From: Chiloscyllium plagiosum
Lineage: Eukaryota
Length of the DNA stretch: 61,734 nucleotides
Reading direction: 5' to 3'
NCBI RefSeq assembly: GCF_004010195.1
Contig: NW_025215242.1
Location: forward strand, 1-61,734
The notes beneath the pieces were generated by a model. That model was not told the origin of the DNA and ran no database searches. It saw only the letters and a program-made list of their open reading frames with translations. Positions 60,645 to 61,734 of this stretch are shown in pieces; the first letter of the stretch is position 1; the number at the start of each line of letters is the position of its first letter. Position numbers and translations under genes: made by a program.

Positions 60645-61734
60645 AAACTCCCAGGCAACTATAGACCGGTGAGCCTGACCTCGGTGGTGGGCAAGTTGTT
60701 GGAGGGAATTCTGAGGGATAGGTTGTACATGTATTTGGAAAGGCAAGGACTGATTCGGGATAGTCAACATGGCGTTGTGCGTGGGAAATCATGTCTCACA
60801 AACTCGATTGAGTTTTTTGAGGAAGTAAAAAAGAGGATTGATGAGGGCAGAGCAGTACATGTGATCCATATGGACTTCAGTAAGGTGTTCGACAAGGTTC
60901 CCCATGGGAGACTGATTAGCAAGGTTAGATCTCATGGAATACAGGGAGAACTAGCCACTGAATACAGAACTTGCTCAAAGGTATAAGACAGAGGATGGTG
61001 GTGGAGGGTTGTTTTTCAGACTGGTTGCCTATGACCAGTGGAGCACCACAAGGATAGGTGCTGGGTCCTCTACTTTTTGTCATTTACATAAATGATTTGG
61101 ATGCAAGCATCAGAAGTACAGTTAGTAAGTTTGTAGATAACACCAAAATTGGAGATGTAGTGGACGGTGAAGAAGGTTACCTCAGATTAAAACAGGATCT
61201 TGACCAGATGGGCCAATGGGCTGAGAAGTGACAGATGGAGTTTAATTCAGATAAATGCGAGGTGCTGCATTTTGGAAAGCAAATGTTTGCAGGACTTACA
61301 CACTTAACGGTAAGGTCCTAGAGAGAGTTGCTGAACAAAGAGACCTTGGGGTGCAGGTTCATTGCACCTTGAAAGTGGAGTCGCAGGTAGATAGGATAGT
61401 GAAGAAGGCGTTTGGTAGCTTTCCTTTATTGGTCAGAGTATTGAGTACAAAAGTTGGGAGGTCATGTTGTGTACAGGAAATTGGTTAGGCCACTGTTGGA
61501 ATATTGCGTGCAATTCTGGTCTCCTTCCTATCGGAAAAAATGTTGTGAAACTTGAAAGGTTCAGAAAAGATTTACAAGGATGTTTTCAGGGTTGGAGTAT
61601 TTGAGCAATAGGGAGAGGCTGAACAGGATGGGGCTGTTTTCCTTGGAGCGTCGGAGGCTGAGGGGTGATCTTATAGATGTTTACAAAATTATGAGGGGCA
61701 TGGACAGGGTACATAGACAAAGTCTTTTCCCTGG
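60645..61734 (+). mobile_element. CR1 RT domain, disrupted; runs off the window end
   Basis: 'NYRPVSLTSVVGKLLEGILRD', 'MDFSKVFDKVPHGRL', 'GAPQG*VLGPLLFVIYINDLD'. Confidence 0.95.

Overview
This is eukaryotic, repeat-dominated vertebrate DNA with 8 assembly gaps. The repeat families (CR1 LINEs with an esterase ORF1, HE1/V-SINE-like SINEs, Penelope-like elements, Gmr1-like Gypsy LTR elements) and the gene remnants point to a cartilaginous fish (shark); this taxonomic call is inference. I see no complete, intact host gene. Host-gene-derived sequence consists of the first coding exon of a GPR139-like class A GPCR (minus strand, 32011-32191, partner exon not found in the window) and two decayed, tail-to-tail C2H2 zinc-finger pseudogenes (about 52.4-55.2 kb). 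The window is built on old segmental duplications: non-coding block A occurs 3 times, block B 4 times, blocks C and D twice each, together with a ~42-bp minisatellite, and each copy has been split differently by later TE insertions. The most notable details are minimal hammerhead-ribozyme motifs and fold-back hairpins at Penelope-like termini, the integrase-before-RT domain order of a Gypsy element, an in-frame internal duplication in a CR1 ORF2, and an LTR element inserted about 65 bp into the GPCR intron. I found no convincing evidence for a new multi-gene system. Element boundaries are estimated by eye unless terminal motifs are quoted.
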